Assembly: GCA_018985225.1 (NCBI GenBank)
Contig: JADGIF010000439.1
Coordinates: 1 to 8,548 of the forward strand
Source: Amoeboradix gromovi X-113
Lineage: Eukaryota > Fungi > Sanchytriomycota
Direction of reading: 5' to 3'
DNA length: 8,548 bases
Of the stretch, positions 7,733 to 8,548 are shown piece by piece. The position numbers were made by a program, and so were the translations under genes. Positions within the stretch are counted from its first letter, which is position 1; each line of letters starts with the position of its first letter. A model generated the notes under the pieces. It had not been told where the DNA came from. It did not search any database and saw only the letters and a program-made list of their open reading frames with translations.

Positions 7733-7742
7733 ATGATTTATT
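7733..7742 (-). terminator. AATAAATCAT putative polyadenylation signal (also 130-121 -, 2745-2736 -, 4194-4203 +)
   Basis: The exact 10-mer occurs four times. It overlaps the stop of ORF 7741-8184 and lies about 60 nt after the ALG14 stop. AATAAA also overlaps the VMS1 stop. Confidence 0.5.
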
Positions 7743-8184
7743 AATAGAAAGATGATGTAGAGGTACTTGTGCTTAGGCAACTTGCTCTTCTCAGAAATTT
7801 GCCGTTTGAATCCAAAAAGTTAGCTCCTCCACTCACTGGAGTATCCAACATAGGATTTTGACTTCTGGAAATAGGAGACTGTAGCAATGGGTTTTGACTA
7901 CGTACAATTGGTGAGTCCATCAGCTCGCCAGCTTTTTCATGATCAATATTGAAGCTAGTCTGAATGGAAAGCGGTCCTTTTCTGTTGAACGCCATTTGGT
8001 TAACCTTATCTTGAAGAGGACTAGTCATACGACTTAATGCAATTGTGGTATTTGGCCTTTGAATTATTTCCTCCTGTGCATAATAAGGTACAGTGGTTTT
8101 TGGTCTTTCCATCGCATATTCGCTTCCTAGAAGGTCATGAAGAGCAAAATTATATAATCTTTTGGGATTAAAAGATAAAGCCAT
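7741..8184 (-). CDS. Hypothetical, likely disordered S/T/P-rich protein, 147 aa
   Basis: ATG-to-TAA ORF with an internal 12-aa repeat showing synonymous divergence. AATAAA overlaps the stop and CCAAT boxes lie upstream. No family recognised. Confidence 0.65.
   Translation of the reverse strand: MALSFNPKRLYNFALHDLLGSEYAMERPKTTVPYYAQEEIIQRPNTTIALSRMTSPLQDKVNQMAFNRKGPLSIQTSFNIDHEKAGELMDSPIVRSQNPLLQSPISRSQNPMLDTPVSGGANFLDSNGKFLRRASCLSTSTSTSSFY
7831..7914 (-). repeat. 36-bp/12-aa tandem repeat, about 2.3 units
   Basis: SPIVRSQNPLLQ / SPISRSQNPMLD / TPVS. Confidence 0.85.
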
Positions 8185-8234
8185 TGCAATTACAGATTTT
8201 CCATCTGATGAATTTATTTATGGTTCAGTCCATG

Positions 8235-8275
8235 TGATTGGCTGTTGATTACTTTAATGCCCTTTTGACCAATGG
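8235..8275 (-). promoter_or_regulatory. Two CCAAT (NF-Y/Hap-type) boxes upstream of ORF 7741-8184
   Basis: CAGCCAATCA on the minus strand (8244-8235) and GACCAATGG on the plus strand (8267-8275). Cores are 32 bp apart and about 50-90 bp from the ATG. Confidence 0.4.
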
Positions 8276-8289
8276 CAGAGATAGGAAGC

Positions 8290-8430
8290 AATTTCAACGA
8301 TAAAATCTCATTTCAAAAACGTCCAAGATCTATAGACATTTCCGAATATTTTATAGTATTTCGCCACTTGATCAGACTTGTTGTTCCAGATGCTTTGCCA
8401 AGTTTTTATGCTGATGTAAGATTTTTCAGA
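8290..8430 (-). pseudogene. Internal TnpB-like fragment, family A copy 4 (no zinc finger)
   Basis: Colinear nucleotide blocks shared with copy 3: ATAAAAACTTGGCA (8409-8396 = 6546-6559, exact 14 nt), ATTCGGA(A)ATGT and GTT.T..AAATGA.A..TTATCG. Translates to KNLT/HKNLAKHLEQQ/SDQV. Confidence 0.55.
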
Positions 8431-8548
8431 ATTTTAGAGGAAAGCAATTGGGACATCAAATATAAAAACTAGACTAACTTTCTGTAACAACTAGGAACAT
8501 TATTTCAGCTTTATTACTTTATGGATTTAAGAGGCGAGTGGACATTCA

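Noticed and set aside
8272-8472. 66-aa plus-strand ORF
   Set aside because: No recognisable motif; it lies antisense to relic A4.
1-8548. CRISPR array, tRNA/rRNA, intact transposase or clear TIR/TSD pairs
   Set aside because: No regularly spaced repeats, cloverleaf or transposase ORF seen. Left ends of the relics could not be defined by eye.

Overview
AT-rich, very gene-dense eukaryotic (opisthokont/fungus-like) DNA using the standard genetic code. Housekeeping genes: VMS1/ANKZF1 (+), a BTG/Tob-family gene (-, 20-nt intron), ALG14 (-), ISU1 (-), ULA1/NAE1 (-, 19-nt intron) and an orphan S/T-P-rich ORF (-). The main hidden signal, missed by the ORF track, is that all five intergenic stretches longer than about 30 nt contain decayed TnpB/Fanzor (OMEGA RNA-guided nuclease) remnants. 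I find six copies in two families. Family A is IS607-TnpB/Fanzor2-like: about 2380-2700 (-), 4370-4765 (+), 6540-6995 (+) and 8290-8430 (-). Family B is Fanzor1-like with an ARNNNL motif: about 134-700 (-) and 7170-7726 (+). Five of the six keep the zinc-finger/RuvC-III end plus a family-specific 3' tail that can fold into a hairpin, a candidate right end/omegaRNA. All assignments come from manual translation and motif recognition; no database search was run.
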